Under the pieces are notes generated by a model that searched no databases, was not told where the DNA came from, and saw only the letters and a program-made list of their open reading frames with translations. From Verrucomicrobia bacterium Tous-C9LFEB (GTDB lineage Bacteria > Acidobacteriota > Terriglobia > Terriglobales > Acidobacteriaceae), in the NCBI GenBank assembly GCA_964658105.1, contig CAZZXY010000005.1, forward strand, positions 366 through 64,365: a DNA stretch of 64,000 bases, read 5' to 3'. Shown here one piece after another: positions 20,064 through 28,877 of the stretch (the first letter of the stretch is position 1; each line of letters opens with the position of its first letter). The position numbers were made by a program, and so were the translations under genes.

Positions 20064-20693
20064 TCACCGGCGCACCGCGAAACGCTTCTCCGCCAGCCCG
20101 AGCAGCCCGTCTGCTCCGAGGGCGAGCAACGCCGCGGGGATAGCTCCTGCGAGTACGAGACCGTTGTCTACGCTGGCCACGCCACGGAAGATGAGTTCGC
20201 CGAGGCCGCCGGCGCCGATGGCTGCCGCGATGGTTGCTACACCGACGCACGTGACTGTCGCGGTACGGAGGCCGGCAAGGATCACACTTGCGGCCAACGG
20301 CAGCTCCACCTTGCTGAGCCGCTGCCAACCGGTCATGCCGAGCGCGTTCGCCACATCGATCAACGCCGGATCCACGCTGTTGATACCTGCATAGGTGTTC
20401 CGAAGGATGGGCAACAGTGCGTAGCCGGTGAGGGCCACAATCGCCAGACGTGCCGCGCGATCTCCCAAGAACGGTACCGGCAACAGCAGACCAAAGAGCG
20501 CGAGGCTGGGGATGGTTTGCAGGATGTTGGCGACGCCCAGCACGGGACGAGCCAGGGCCGGCTTGCGCGTCAGCAGGATGCCCACGGGCAGGCCAATGGC
20601 CGCGGCAAAGAGCATTGCACTCAGCGCCAGCCACAGGTGCTCAAAGGTGAGCCTGCCGATCTCCGCCCCGTAGCGATGCAGAAAGGCCCCCAT
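20064..20693 (-). CDS. ABC transporter permease (Opu-type)
   Basis: 209 aa with about 5-6 TM helices and a BPD_transp_1-like loop (ALGMTGWQRLSKVELPLA). Confidence 0.85.
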   Translation of the reverse strand: MGAFLHRYGAEIGRLTFEHLWLALSAMLFAAAIGLPVGILLTRKPALARPVLGVANILQTIPSLALFGLLLPVPFLGDRAARLAIVALTGYALLPILRNTYAGINSVDPALIDVANALGMTGWQRLSKVELPLAASVILAGLRTATVTCVGVATIAAAIGAGGLGELIFRGVASVDNGLVLAGAIPAALLALGADGLLGLAEKRFAVRR

Positions 20694-21434
20694 CTAGGCT
20701 GCCGCCTCGGGCCGCGTGGCGCGCACATACTCCTGCACTGCGGGATCTTCGCTGTGCATCACCTCGTTCGCAGCGACGTTCGCGAGGACCGCGCCCTCCT
20801 GCATCAGGATCACGCGATCCGCCAGGAAAAGAGCCTCCTGGAGGTCATGCGTGACGATCAACGTGGTGACATCGCGAGGTTTGAGCAGTTCCCGCATCAT
20901 GCGCTGCATCTCGGCCCGGGTCAGCGGATCGAGCGCGCCGAATGGCTCGTCCATAAGCAGGACTTTAGGCTCGGAGATCAATGCGCGGGCGACGCCGACG
21001 CGCTGCCGCTGCCCTCCGCTCAGCTGCCACGGGTAGCGCCCGAGCACATCTTCGTTCAGCCCGACGCGGCGAATGGCGTCACCGACTTTTTGAGGCTCGG
21101 GTGATTTGCCAGCGACCTCGAGCGGCATGGTCACATTGCGCTCAATCGTCATGTGCGGGAAAAGACCACTCTCCTGAATGACGTAGCCGATCCCGCGGCG
21201 CAAAGCGCGCACCTCGGCCGTCAGGACGTCCGTTCCGTTCACGAGAACGCGACCGTTGCCTGGTCGCACGAGGCCATTCACGGTGCGCAGGAGAGTGGTT
21301 TTGCCGGACCCGCTACGGCCGAGCAGCGCGGTGGTGCTGCCTGGCTCACAACGGAACGAAACACCGCGCAAGAGCTGACGGCCATCGGCGACCGTGAAGC
21401 TCACATCCGCGAACTCCACGCCACCGATGGCCAT
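20694..21434 (-). CDS. ABC transporter ATP-binding protein (Opu-type, no CBS domains)
   Basis: GRSGSGKTT Walker A, LSGGQRQRVGVARAL signature and LLMDEPFGALD Walker B. Confidence 0.9.
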   Translation of the reverse strand: MAIGGVEFADVSFTVADGRQLLRGVSFRCEPGSTTALLGRSGSGKTTLLRTVNGLVRPGNGRVLVNGTDVLTAEVRALRRGIGYVIQESGLFPHMTIERNVTMPLEVAGKSPEPQKVGDAIRRVGLNEDVLGRYPWQLSGGQRQRVGVARALISEPKVLLMDEPFGALDPLTRAEMQRMMRELLKPRDVTTLIVTHDLQEALFLADRVILMQEGAVLANVAANEVMHSEDPAVQEYVRATRPEAAA

Positions 21435-21454
21435 CGTACCTCTCCGAGCTTCGC

Positions 21455-22390
21455 CTAGCCTTCTACAGCGGCCTCGGGCGAGCTTTCCGCTCCGTGCTGC
21501 GGTCCATCGCTGGCCTCCGCGCCGGGGGGAGGAGCTACGGAGGTGGGGTTGGTCGCCCCTTTCACGCGCACGACGGTGATCTTGTCGAAGCCTTCTTTGA
21601 AGGCGGGCGGACGCAGCCGCTCGGCCATTTTGTGCATGACCTCGTCGGTTACCTGGCGGTCGCGCTTGGAGTTCCGCTCCAGGCAGACACTCAGCGGCAC
21701 GTCAAAGAACACGGCCTGCACCTCGTAGCCGAAGCTCTTGGCCATTTTGATCCACTGGCGGCGTTCGTGCGGGCTGAGATTTGTCGCGTCGACGTAGTTC
21801 CAGGGCATTTTGGCGATCAAGCGGGCTCGCAGCAGGCTGCGAAGTGTGCTGAATACCAGCCCCTGGTAGCGCTGCTCCGTGATGTCGTCGAAGAGGATAT
21901 TGCGCAGCAAGTCGCTGGATAGCGGTGTGACGCCGCGGCGTTTATACCAGGTCGTCTTGCCCGAACCCGGCAGGCCAATGGTCAGGACCACATACCCTCG
22001 CGGAGAACGCACGGGCTGCGGAGCGATCGGCGGGGTGGCCACGGAGTCCGGCTGGGTCTCCATGACGAGCTGCGGCTGAGTGGCCGGCTGGGAATGAGCC
22101 GGCTCGGCAGGCTCCTCCGCGGGATCGGGATCGGGGAAGGCCTCGACCTCACCCGGCTGAAGCCCGTGCAGTTCGGCGGTCAGCTCGGTTTGTGGTTCCT
22201 CAGGTGCCGGGTTCGCCTCGACCCGAGGAGCCGGTGCGGCTCGCTCTGGCTCCGGATAAGTGGGCCGCAGCGGTGCTGGCTGATCCGTAGGCAGTTCCTG
22301 CCCGATCTTGCCGGTCGACTCCGAGTCGTTCGGAGCTTTTCTGGAACGTCGTCTCATGAACCTCTCGCGCAACCATTCGCGCATACTCAC
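21455..22390 (-). CDS. AAA_33 / polynucleotide-kinase-like P-loop protein with Pro/Glu-rich N-terminal region
   Basis: The C-terminal ~170 aa (VLTIGLPGSGKTTWYKRRG...YVDATNLSPHERRQWIKMAKSFGYEVQAVFFD...) look like AAA_33/PNK-type kinases. The first ~130 aa are low-complexity P/E/A-rich. Confidence 0.7.
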   Translation of the reverse strand: MSMREWLRERFMRRRSRKAPNDSESTGKIGQELPTDQPAPLRPTYPEPERAAPAPRVEANPAPEEPQTELTAELHGLQPGEVEAFPDPDPAEEPAEPAHSQPATQPQLVMETQPDSVATPPIAPQPVRSPRGYVVLTIGLPGSGKTTWYKRRGVTPLSSDLLRNILFDDITEQRYQGLVFSTLRSLLRARLIAKMPWNYVDATNLSPHERRQWIKMAKSFGYEVQAVFFDVPLSVCLERNSKRDRQVTDEVMHKMAERLRPPAFKEGFDKITVVRVKGATNPTSVAPPPGAEASDGPQHGAESSPEAAVEG

Positions 22391-22545
22391 GGTTTACCAT
22401 ACGCCAGCGAGTGTCGCAAAAGCGGTGCATTCGCCTAGAGCCCTCGCGTTGCTCTGCCCCGCGCGGCTTTGATAGCCTTGAAGGGACTACGCGGCCCAGG
22501 CTGTGAGCAGCACACCAACAGAACCGGAAAAGAGAGCGCACGCAC

Positions 22546-23550
22546 ATGGCAGTAAAGGTTGGGATCAACGGCTTCGGCCGCATCGGACGCAACGTGTTTC
22601 GTACCGCCCTGGGCAACCCGGAGATCGAGTTTGTCGCCGTCAACGACCTGACCACTCCGGCCACCCTGGCACACCTGCTCCAGTTCGACTCCATTCTCGG
22701 CAACCTGAAAAACGAGATCAGCGCCGGCGACGATTCGATCACCGTGGATGGCAAGACCATCAGGGTCTTCGCCGAGCGCGACCCCGCCAAGCTCGATTGG
22801 GCCAGTGTCGGTGCCGAGATTGTCGTCGAGTCCACAGGTTTCTTTACTGATGCCGAGAAAGCCAAGGCGCACCTCGGCTCCACGGTGAAGAAGGTCATTA
22901 TCTCGGCTCCGGCAAGCAACGAAGACGTCACCCTGGTCCTCGGGGTCAACCAGGACAAGTACGATCCTGCCAAGCACAACATCATCTCCAACGCATCCTG
23001 CACCACCAATGCGCTTGCCCCACTCGTGAAAGTACTGAATGACACCTTCGGCATTCAGTCCGGGATCATGACCACGATCCACAGCTATACCAACGATCAG
23101 GTCGTTCTGGACGCCCCGCACAAGGACCTTCGGCGCGCCCGCGCTGCGGCGCTGAGCATGATTCCCAGCTCGACAGGCGCGGCCAAGGCGCTGAAGCTTG
23201 TAATCCCGGAGATGGACGGCAAGCTCGACGGCTTCTCGATGCGGGTTCCAACCCCGAACGTCTCGGTGGTGGACCTGACCTTCGTTTCCGAGAAGCCGAT
23301 TGACGCCAAAAGTATCAATGCCGCGCTGAAAGCCGCAAGCGAAGGCCCTCTCAAGGGCATTCTCGGCTACACAGAGCAGGAACTCGTCAGCTCGGACTTC
23401 CGCGGTAACCCGCTCAGCTCTATCGTCGATTCCAAACTGACCAAAGCCATTGCCAACACGGGCAAGGTGATCAGCTGGTACGACAACGAGTGGGGATACT
23501 CCAGCCGCGTAAAGGACCTGATCCTGTTCCTGGTTGCCAAAGGACTGTAG
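22546..23550 (+). CDS. gap: type I glyceraldehyde-3-phosphate dehydrogenase
   Basis: INGFGRIGR, SNASCTTNALAP and WYDNEWGYS. Confidence 0.95.
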   Translation: MAVKVGINGFGRIGRNVFRTALGNPEIEFVAVNDLTTPATLAHLLQFDSILGNLKNEISAGDDSITVDGKTIRVFAERDPAKLDWASVGAEIVVESTGFFTDAEKAKAHLGSTVKKVIISAPASNEDVTLVLGVNQDKYDPAKHNIISNASCTTNALAPLVKVLNDTFGIQSGIMTTIHSYTNDQVVLDAPHKDLRRARAAALSMIPSSTGAAKALKLVIPEMDGKLDGFSMRVPTPNVSVVDLTFVSEKPIDAKSINAALKAASEGPLKGILGYTEQELVSSDFRGNPLSSIVDSKLTKAIANTGKVISWYDNEWGYSSRVKDLILFLVAKGL

Positions 23551-23568
23551 GGGGCGAGGCGGTCTGCG

Positions 23569-23877
23569 CTAGCCAGTTCTGCGCAGATCGCTTCTGCTGG
23601 ATGGGCCCATGTCCGCCGCGGCGGCGGGGCGCCTGGACGGCATCTCGACCAGATCCTCGACCTGACGGCGCTCAATGACATATTCCAGGCCCTGGATCCA
23701 GTTCAGGCCCTTTTCGTTCGCGTCGCTCATCAACGATTCAAACAACACACGGTCAGAGGGTTTGCCGAGTGCCAACTGGAACAGCTGGCAGACCCGGTCA
23801 AACTCCACCGTGACGTCCTCGTCAGGCGTTTTGTACTGTTCCCGACCCATGCGTTGCAGCGTAACGCCTCGAACCAT
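23569..23877 (-). CDS. hypothetical protein
   Basis: GC-rich third positions from about MVRGVTLQRMGREQYKTPDEDV... onward suggest real coding. I recognise no family, and the start is uncertain (23877, 23850 or 23970). Confidence 0.4.
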   Translation of the reverse strand: MVRGVTLQRMGREQYKTPDEDVTVEFDRVCQLFQLALGKPSDRVLFESLMSDANEKGLNWIQGLEYVIERRQVEDLVEMPSRRPAAAADMGPSSRSDLRRTG

Positions 23878-24026
23878 GACAGGTAATCCCACTCTAGATG
23901 TAGACAACTCCGAGCCTGTCCGAGTTAGACACGGGTGGGCGGAGAGGTAGTTCCGGGTACGTCCAGACAATCTTGTGGCTGACCAGTTTCCGTTGTCACG
24001 CTAGAGGGCTCTCTGACGACCTCCAC

Positions 24027-24056
24027 CATTGGATGGAGACATGTCTCCATCCAATG
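24027..24056. promoter_or_regulatory. perfect 30-nt palindrome (candidate operator or RNA hairpin)
   Basis: CATTGGATGGAGACATGTCTCCATCCAATG is fully self-complementary. It lies in a 367-bp non-coding gap between divergent genes (23970 and 24338). Confidence 0.5.
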
Positions 24057-24337
24057 CGCGAAGACAGCCGTCATGCCGACCGCCTATTGTTCTCCCGTCC
24101 AGATCTCCTGGTTTCACTTCGCCGCGTAGCGCAATCCGGCTCCCAGCACCGTGTCAAGCGTGGTAAGGAGAGCATTGAGTTTCTGCTTCAGAGCTTGCCT
24201 GTCTTAGGTAGGAGGCCTGAGGATACGGAGAACACTGAACTGTGTTGATTGCATGTGTCCATTACGGCTCGCGAAGAGCTGACAGGGGAGAAGCTTTGCT
24301 TAGTCCGGCAGGAGTTGGAGCCCACGAGGGAAAGGCA

Positions 24338-25087
24338 ATGTCATGGGCCCGCCCAGTGCTGTTGATCCTCGTCTTGCTCGCGGTATGGCAGGTGCTGATC
24401 GCGCGGCACCCCGGTGGCCTGCTACCGGGGCCATGGGGTGTTGGGGCCGGGATCGGCGAGCTCCTGCAACACGGTTTGCTGTTCAAGTACGTGGTGGCAT
24501 CGTTGTTTCGCGTCACCTGGGGGTACGGACTGGCAGTGCTGCTGGCGGTGCCGCTTGGCATGGTCATTGGCTGGTACAGCCGCGCGGAGATGGCCCTCAA
24601 CCCGCTCATCCAGATCCTTCGGCCGATCTCTCCCCTGGCGTGGATACCCATCGCTATCCTGTGGTTTGGCGTGGGAGATCTTTCGGCGATCTTCCTCATT
24701 TTTCTCGGAAGCTTTTTCCCTTTGCTGCTGACCTCGATGAACGCCGTGCGCAACGTTCCCTCCATCTACGTGAATGCAGGTCGTAACTTCGGGCTGCGAC
24801 CTGCGGCACTCTTTTATCGCGTGCTTTACCCGGCGACCCTGCCCCAGATCATTGTCGGTCTGCGGATCACGTTGGGCGTTGCCTGGCTGGTGGTTGTCGC
24901 GGCGGAGATGATTGCGGTCAATTCAGGACTTGGCTTTCTGATTGTGGATGCGCGGAACGCCGGCAACCGGTATGACCTTGTCGTCGCCGGTATGGTGCTG
25001 ATCGGCATTATCGGCCTTCTGCTGGACCAGGGCATTCGTTCCCTGGAGCGGCTCGGCTCTACTCGTTGGAGTTACCTGGAGAAGTAG
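24338..25087 (+). CDS. ABC transporter permease, NitT/TauT (nitrate/sulfonate/bicarbonate) family
   Basis: MSWARPVLLILVLLAVWQ start at ATG 24338. PLIQILRPISPLAWIPIAILWFG is typical of SsuC/TauC-like permeases. Confidence 0.85.
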   Translation: MSWARPVLLILVLLAVWQVLIARHPGGLLPGPWGVGAGIGELLQHGLLFKYVVASLFRVTWGYGLAVLLAVPLGMVIGWYSRAEMALNPLIQILRPISPLAWIPIAILWFGVGDLSAIFLIFLGSFFPLLLTSMNAVRNVPSIYVNAGRNFGLRPAALFYRVLYPATLPQIIVGLRITLGVAWLVVVAAEMIAVNSGLGFLIVDARNAGNRYDLVVAGMVLIGIIGLLLDQGIRSLERLGSTRWSYLEK

Positions 25088-25094
25088 GACTCAG

Positions 25095-25874
25095 ATGAAC
25101 CCCAGTACACAAGACGTCGCGAAACGTACGGCACTTCACGCCGCGGGTATCGGCATGGCTTTTGAACGTGATGGTGCGTTGCGCGATGTGTTGCAGGACA
25201 TCAACCTCGACGTAGCGGAGGCTGAATTTGTCTGTCTACTAGGGCCTTCGGGTTGCGGGAAGTCTACCCTTCTGAACATCATGGCAGGCTTTCTCCAACC
25301 AACGCAGGGCCGGGTGGAGATCGGAGGCGAAGTCGTCCGCGGCCCCGATCGCAGGCGTATCTTTGTTTTTCAGGAGCGCGGCGTGTTTCCCTGGCTCACC
25401 GTGGAGGGCAACATCGCCTTCGGAATCGGGGACCTGCCCCGCGAAGAACAGCAGCGACGTGTGCGTCACTATGTCGAGCTGGTCGGCCTCAAAGGCTTCG
25501 AGAGGTCGTATCCTTCCGAGCTTTCCGGGGGCATGAAGCAGCGCCTGGAAGTAGCGCGTGCACTCGCAGTAGACCCCGACATGCTGATGCTGGACGAGCC
25601 CTTCGGAGCGCTTGATTCCATCACGCGGCTCACGATGCGAAAAGAGCTGCTGCGGGTCTGGGAGGCCGAGCGCAAAACGATTCTGTTTGTCACGCACGAC
25701 ATTGAAGAAGCCGTGCAACTGGCCGATCGGGTGGTTGTCTTGAGTGCGCGCCCGGGGACCATTCAGACGATTGTGAGCATCGACATCCCACACCCGCGTG
25801 ACATCAGTTCGCCACGCTACCTGGCGCTACGTGACGGGATCTTTCGGCAGATTGGGATTGCGCAACAGATATGA
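25095..25874 (+). CDS. ABC transporter ATP-binding protein, NitT/TauT family
   Basis: GPSGCGKST, LSGGMKQRLEVARAL and LMLDEPFGALD. Confidence 0.9.
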   Translation: MNPSTQDVAKRTALHAAGIGMAFERDGALRDVLQDINLDVAEAEFVCLLGPSGCGKSTLLNIMAGFLQPTQGRVEIGGEVVRGPDRRRIFVFQERGVFPWLTVEGNIAFGIGDLPREEQQRRVRHYVELVGLKGFERSYPSELSGGMKQRLEVARALAVDPDMLMLDEPFGALDSITRLTMRKELLRVWEAERKTILFVTHDIEEAVQLADRVVVLSARPGTIQTIVSIDIPHPRDISSPRYLALRDGIFRQIGIAQQI

Positions 25875-26653
25875 CGCCCACCCAAACACCCGCACGTTGG
25901 GAACGGATCTTCTGGCCGATGCTCGCCATGGTGGCCGTGCTTGTTTTGTGGGACGTCTGCGTGCGCTGGAGTCATACCAAGGTCTTTCCTTCCCCGTTTG
26001 AGGTGGAGCGCGGTATTGCCGAGTTGATTCACAAGCACGTTTTGTGGAACGACATCCTGGATTCCCTGCGTCGTGTTCTGATCGGGTTTGGTGCGGCTGC
26101 ACTTCTGGGCATTCCGCTCGGACTGTTCCTCGGATGGCATCCCCTGGTCAACCAGACAGTTAACCCCCTGCTTCAAATTCTCCGCCCCATCAGCCCGCTC
26201 GCCTGGATCCCGGTTGCGATTCTGCTTCTTGGTGTCGGGGATCACGCCGCGATCTTTCTTATCTTCCTTGGCGCGCTTTTCCCCATACTTGTGGCGTGCA
26301 TCGACGGGGTGGGAAGTGTGCCGCAGGTGTTCCGCAGAGCCGGCCGCAACTTCGGCTTGTCCAACGCACAGTTGCTTCGTCGTGTGGTCTTCCCTTCAGC
26401 TCTGCCCAGGATCCTTGTCGGTCTGCGCCTTGCGCTTGGGATCGCGTGGCTTGTTGTCGTAGCGGCCGAGATGGTGGCCGTTGATTCCGGCCTCGGTTAC
26501 CTGGTCATCGATTCACGCAATTCGGGCAAGCGCTATGACCTTGTCATTGCGGCGATGCTGCTGATCGGCGTGATTGGTCTTGTTCTGGATCTACTCTTTC
26601 CTTCTCTGGAGAGCATGCGATCTGTTCGCTGGGGTTTTCGCCATGACGTTTAA
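25871..26653 (+). CDS. second ABC transporter permease, NitT/TauT family
   Basis: Paralog of 24338..25087 (PLLQILRPISPLAWIPVAILLLG). 4-nt overlap with the ATPase gene. Confidence 0.85.
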   Translation: MTPTQTPARWERIFWPMLAMVAVLVLWDVCVRWSHTKVFPSPFEVERGIAELIHKHVLWNDILDSLRRVLIGFGAAALLGIPLGLFLGWHPLVNQTVNPLLQILRPISPLAWIPVAILLLGVGDHAAIFLIFLGALFPILVACIDGVGSVPQVFRRAGRNFGLSNAQLLRRVVFPSALPRILVGLRLALGIAWLVVVAAEMVAVDSGLGYLVIDSRNSGKRYDLVIAAMLLIGVIGLVLDLLFPSLESMRSVRWGFRHDV

Positions 26654-27701
26654 AAGCAAAGTGATCCTTTTCGCCTCCCTGTGGCTGGTCACCATAACGG
26701 CCCTGCATGGAGTCCTTAACGTGAACTGGGCGGCGGTTCTAAATCAGTACAAGCCCTTGAATCAGCGCAAGATCACCGTCGCGTATATTCCCTCGACGTG
26801 CCAACTTACCTGCCCGGTGACGGATTACATCTCCAAAGTTTCCGACAAGGGTGAGATCTTTCTCCCACGCATGTTTCAGGGCTTTCCGGAGATCAAGGAG
26901 GCTTTGATCTCGAACAAGGTGCAGGCTGCCTTTATCGTGGCGCCGCTCGCCATTGCACTTCGCTCACAGGGCGTACCGATCAAAGTTGTTTACCTTGGCC
27001 ACCGCTACGGCAGCGCCATGGTCGTGCAAAAGAATGGTCCAGTGAAGACCGTTGCCGACCTGCGAGGGCGCACGGTGGCCATTCCAAGCCGCTTTTCTGA
27101 TGAGCGCCTCATCCTGTTCCGCGCCATGAAGGTGTGGGGTATGAAGCCCGGCGACATCAAGATGGTGGAGATGGCGCCCCCTGATGTCGCGGGAGCCCTG
27201 GCCGCAAAGGCGATCGACGGGTATGTCATGGGCGAGCCGTTCCCTTCTCAGGCCGAGATTGGCGGATTCGGCCGTGTGCTGTTTCAGGCGCGGGAGTACT
27301 GGCCAGATTACATGTCCTGCATCCTGGTAGTACGGCAGGATCTTATCGACAAACGGCCGGATGTGGTTCAGACCCTTGTAGATGGCATCGCGCGCTCCGG
27401 TCTCTGGCTCGACCGAAGTAAGCCTCATCGGGAGGACGCTGCAGATTTCGTAGGACGCTTCTATTACAACCAGAAGCCATCGCTTCTACGCTGGGCGCTT
27501 ACGAAGCCTATGGACCGCGTGGTGTACAGCCCGCTGGCTCCGCGCAAGGGTGATTTCGACCTGGTGCGCGATCTCATGATTGAGACCGGTGTACTCAAGA
27601 ACTCGATCGAGTTTAGCGAATACACAGATACGCGCTTCAGTGATGGGGCCCATGACCAGAAGGCGTGGAAGTACGAACCTGGCCTTGCAACAGCCAAGTG
27701 A
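26643..27701 (+). CDS. ABC transporter substrate-binding protein (NMT1/THI5-like, SsuA/TauA type), N-terminally membrane-anchored
   Basis: ATG 26643 (MTFKSKVILFASLWLVTITALHG) overlaps the permease end by 11 nt. LRGRTVAIPSRFS and DGYVMGEPFPSQAE are typical of this SBP class. Confidence 0.8.
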   Translation: MTFKSKVILFASLWLVTITALHGVLNVNWAAVLNQYKPLNQRKITVAYIPSTCQLTCPVTDYISKVSDKGEIFLPRMFQGFPEIKEALISNKVQAAFIVAPLAIALRSQGVPIKVVYLGHRYGSAMVVQKNGPVKTVADLRGRTVAIPSRFSDERLILFRAMKVWGMKPGDIKMVEMAPPDVAGALAAKAIDGYVMGEPFPSQAEIGGFGRVLFQAREYWPDYMSCILVVRQDLIDKRPDVVQTLVDGIARSGLWLDRSKPHREDAADFVGRFYYNQKPSLLRWALTKPMDRVVYSPLAPRKGDFDLVRDLMIETGVLKNSIEFSEYTDTRFSDGAHDQKAWKYEPGLATAK

Positions 27702-27718
27702 ATTTCATAGGAGCAACG

Positions 27719-28033
27719 ATGATCCGAAGACGATTTCTAGGCTTGATGACCCTGACAGGAGTGAGCAGTGTCGCCGCGCTTTCTGCGAAGAGCTTCGCCG
27801 AGAAGACAACCGTGATTTACAAAGTCCAGGGGTTTACCTGCATCACGTGTGCTACGGGACTTGAGACCCTGCTGCAGCGCGAGAAAGGTGTTCTCACCGT
27901 CAGGGCGAGCTACCCAGAGAGCCTGGCAACAGTGACCTACGACGCCAGGTCCATCTCGCAGGCGGAGATCCTGAAAGCCATCGAGAGCATGGGTTTCACA
28001 GCGACGATCGATCCTGTCGCCATGCCCAAGTGA
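27719..28033 (+). CDS. MerP-like heavy-metal-associated (HMA) domain protein with twin-arginine-type signal
   Basis: AGGAG sits 6 nt upstream of ATG 27719. MIRRRFLGLMTLTGVSSVAALSAKSFA signal, then VQGFTCITCATGLE (the CxxC of an HMA fold). Confidence 0.75.
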   Translation: MIRRRFLGLMTLTGVSSVAALSAKSFAEKTTVIYKVQGFTCITCATGLETLLQREKGVLTVRASYPESLATVTYDARSISQAEILKAIESMGFTATIDPVAMPK

Positions 28034-28081
28034 CCGCCTCTAGGTACTGCACGCTGTAGCGCAACAGAAAGGTGACTGCTC

Positions 28082-28459
28082 TTGAAGGTTGGATATATCT
28101 TCGCCACAAACCTCGCCAGCACAACCAAGCTGGCAACGATGATTCTGCCGCAATTGGAACAGGGCACTCACGGCGCAGAGATCGCCGGCATGTTTTTCTT
28201 CGACGATAATCTGTTCTGCCTTCGCGCAGGCGATCCGATCGGCGAGCGGCTTGCCAAAGTTGCTAAGAGCAACGGCATATTGCTGATGGTGTGTGATCAA
28301 TGCGCTGTGCGACGCAACCTTGCGGACGGCACCTTCGAGCAGTGCGGCAGCGGACAGGTGAAGCCGAAAGGTTTGGTGGAAGGCGTCCAGGCAGGCTGCT
28401 TCCCTCAACTGTATGGTGCACTTGCCGGTAGCCCACCGGACTATGTCATCACCCTGTAA
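28082..28459 (+). CDS. DsrE/DsrF-like (sulfur-relay fold) family protein
   Basis: 125 aa with the pattern GMFFFDDNLFCL...GILLMVCDQCAVRRNL...DYVITL, which resembles DsrE/TusD-family proteins. TTG start with AAAGGTGA upstream. Confidence 0.5.
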   Translation: MKVGYIFATNLASTTKLATMILPQLEQGTHGAEIAGMFFFDDNLFCLRAGDPIGERLAKVAKSNGILLMVCDQCAVRRNLADGTFEQCGSGQVKPKGLVEGVQAGCFPQLYGALAGSPPDYVITL

Positions 28460-28513
28460 GCAGCGCCTGCTTTACGACGTCCAGTGTCCCTACAGGTGGA
28501 CTTGTCGGGAGTT

Positions 28514-28550
28514 AAAGGGTGGCATCGCAAGCGAAGCGATGCCATCCCTG
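28514..28550. terminator. GC-rich hairpin between convergent genes (candidate bidirectional terminator)
   Basis: GGCATCGC (28521-28528) pairs perfectly with GCGATGCC (28536-28543), and flanking GGG/CCC extends the stem. A moderately T-rich tail follows on the plus strand. Confidence 0.5.
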
Positions 28551-28555
28551 TGACC

Positions 28556-28750
28556 TTACTTCTTTACGGCAGAAAGAATTTCTTTCTGGTTGCCGAGAAT
28601 GTCCTTCTGATTGGACAGGATTTCCTTTTGATTACTGACGATCTGGTCGAGCGTTTCCTGGTTCTTCTTGATCGTTTCCTGGTTCTCGAGAATTGTCTTC
28701 TGATTCTCAAGGATGGTTTTCTGATTGCTTAGAATGTCGTTATCAGCCAT
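28556..28750 (-). CDS. 64-aa heptad-repeat miniprotein (predicted coiled coil)
   Basis: MADNDILS NQKTILE NQKTILE NQETIKK NQETLDQIVS NQKEILS NQKDILG NQKEILS AVKK. AGGAGA sits 7 nt upstream of the ATG and a hairpin lies downstream. About 40% GC by eye in a ~60% GC window. Confidence 0.65.
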   Translation of the reverse strand: MADNDILSNQKTILENQKTILENQETIKKNQETLDQIVSNQKEILSNQKDILGNQKEILSAVKK

Positions 28751-28877
28751 GTACGTTCTCCTGCTTAGGTTGCGAGATAGATACGAGGAACGTCATCCTG
28801 TCCCCGCGTCTCTGCCTTGAGATAGGCAGGTAAGGAGATTCCGTTTTCTCTGGACGAGTTTTCTGGTATCGCAACAT

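Noticed and set aside
20050-20634. An upstream extension of the substrate-binding-protein ORF (19138..20634).
   Set aside because: It overlaps the permease gene out of frame and is Arg/Pro-rich. The lipoprotein signal starts at 20049 or 20004.
24057-24337. A possible TPP riboswitch upstream of the NMT1/THI5-like ABC transporter (ThiXYZ-like idea).
   Set aside because: I saw no CUGAGA or ACCUGAUCUGGAUAAUGCCAGCG-like core in the leader.
28484-28732. An 82-aa plus-strand ORF mirroring the heptad-repeat gene.
   Set aside because: It is the antisense reading of the same 21-nt periodic DNA and has no RBS. The minus-strand ORF has AGGAGA at ideal spacing and a downstream hairpin.
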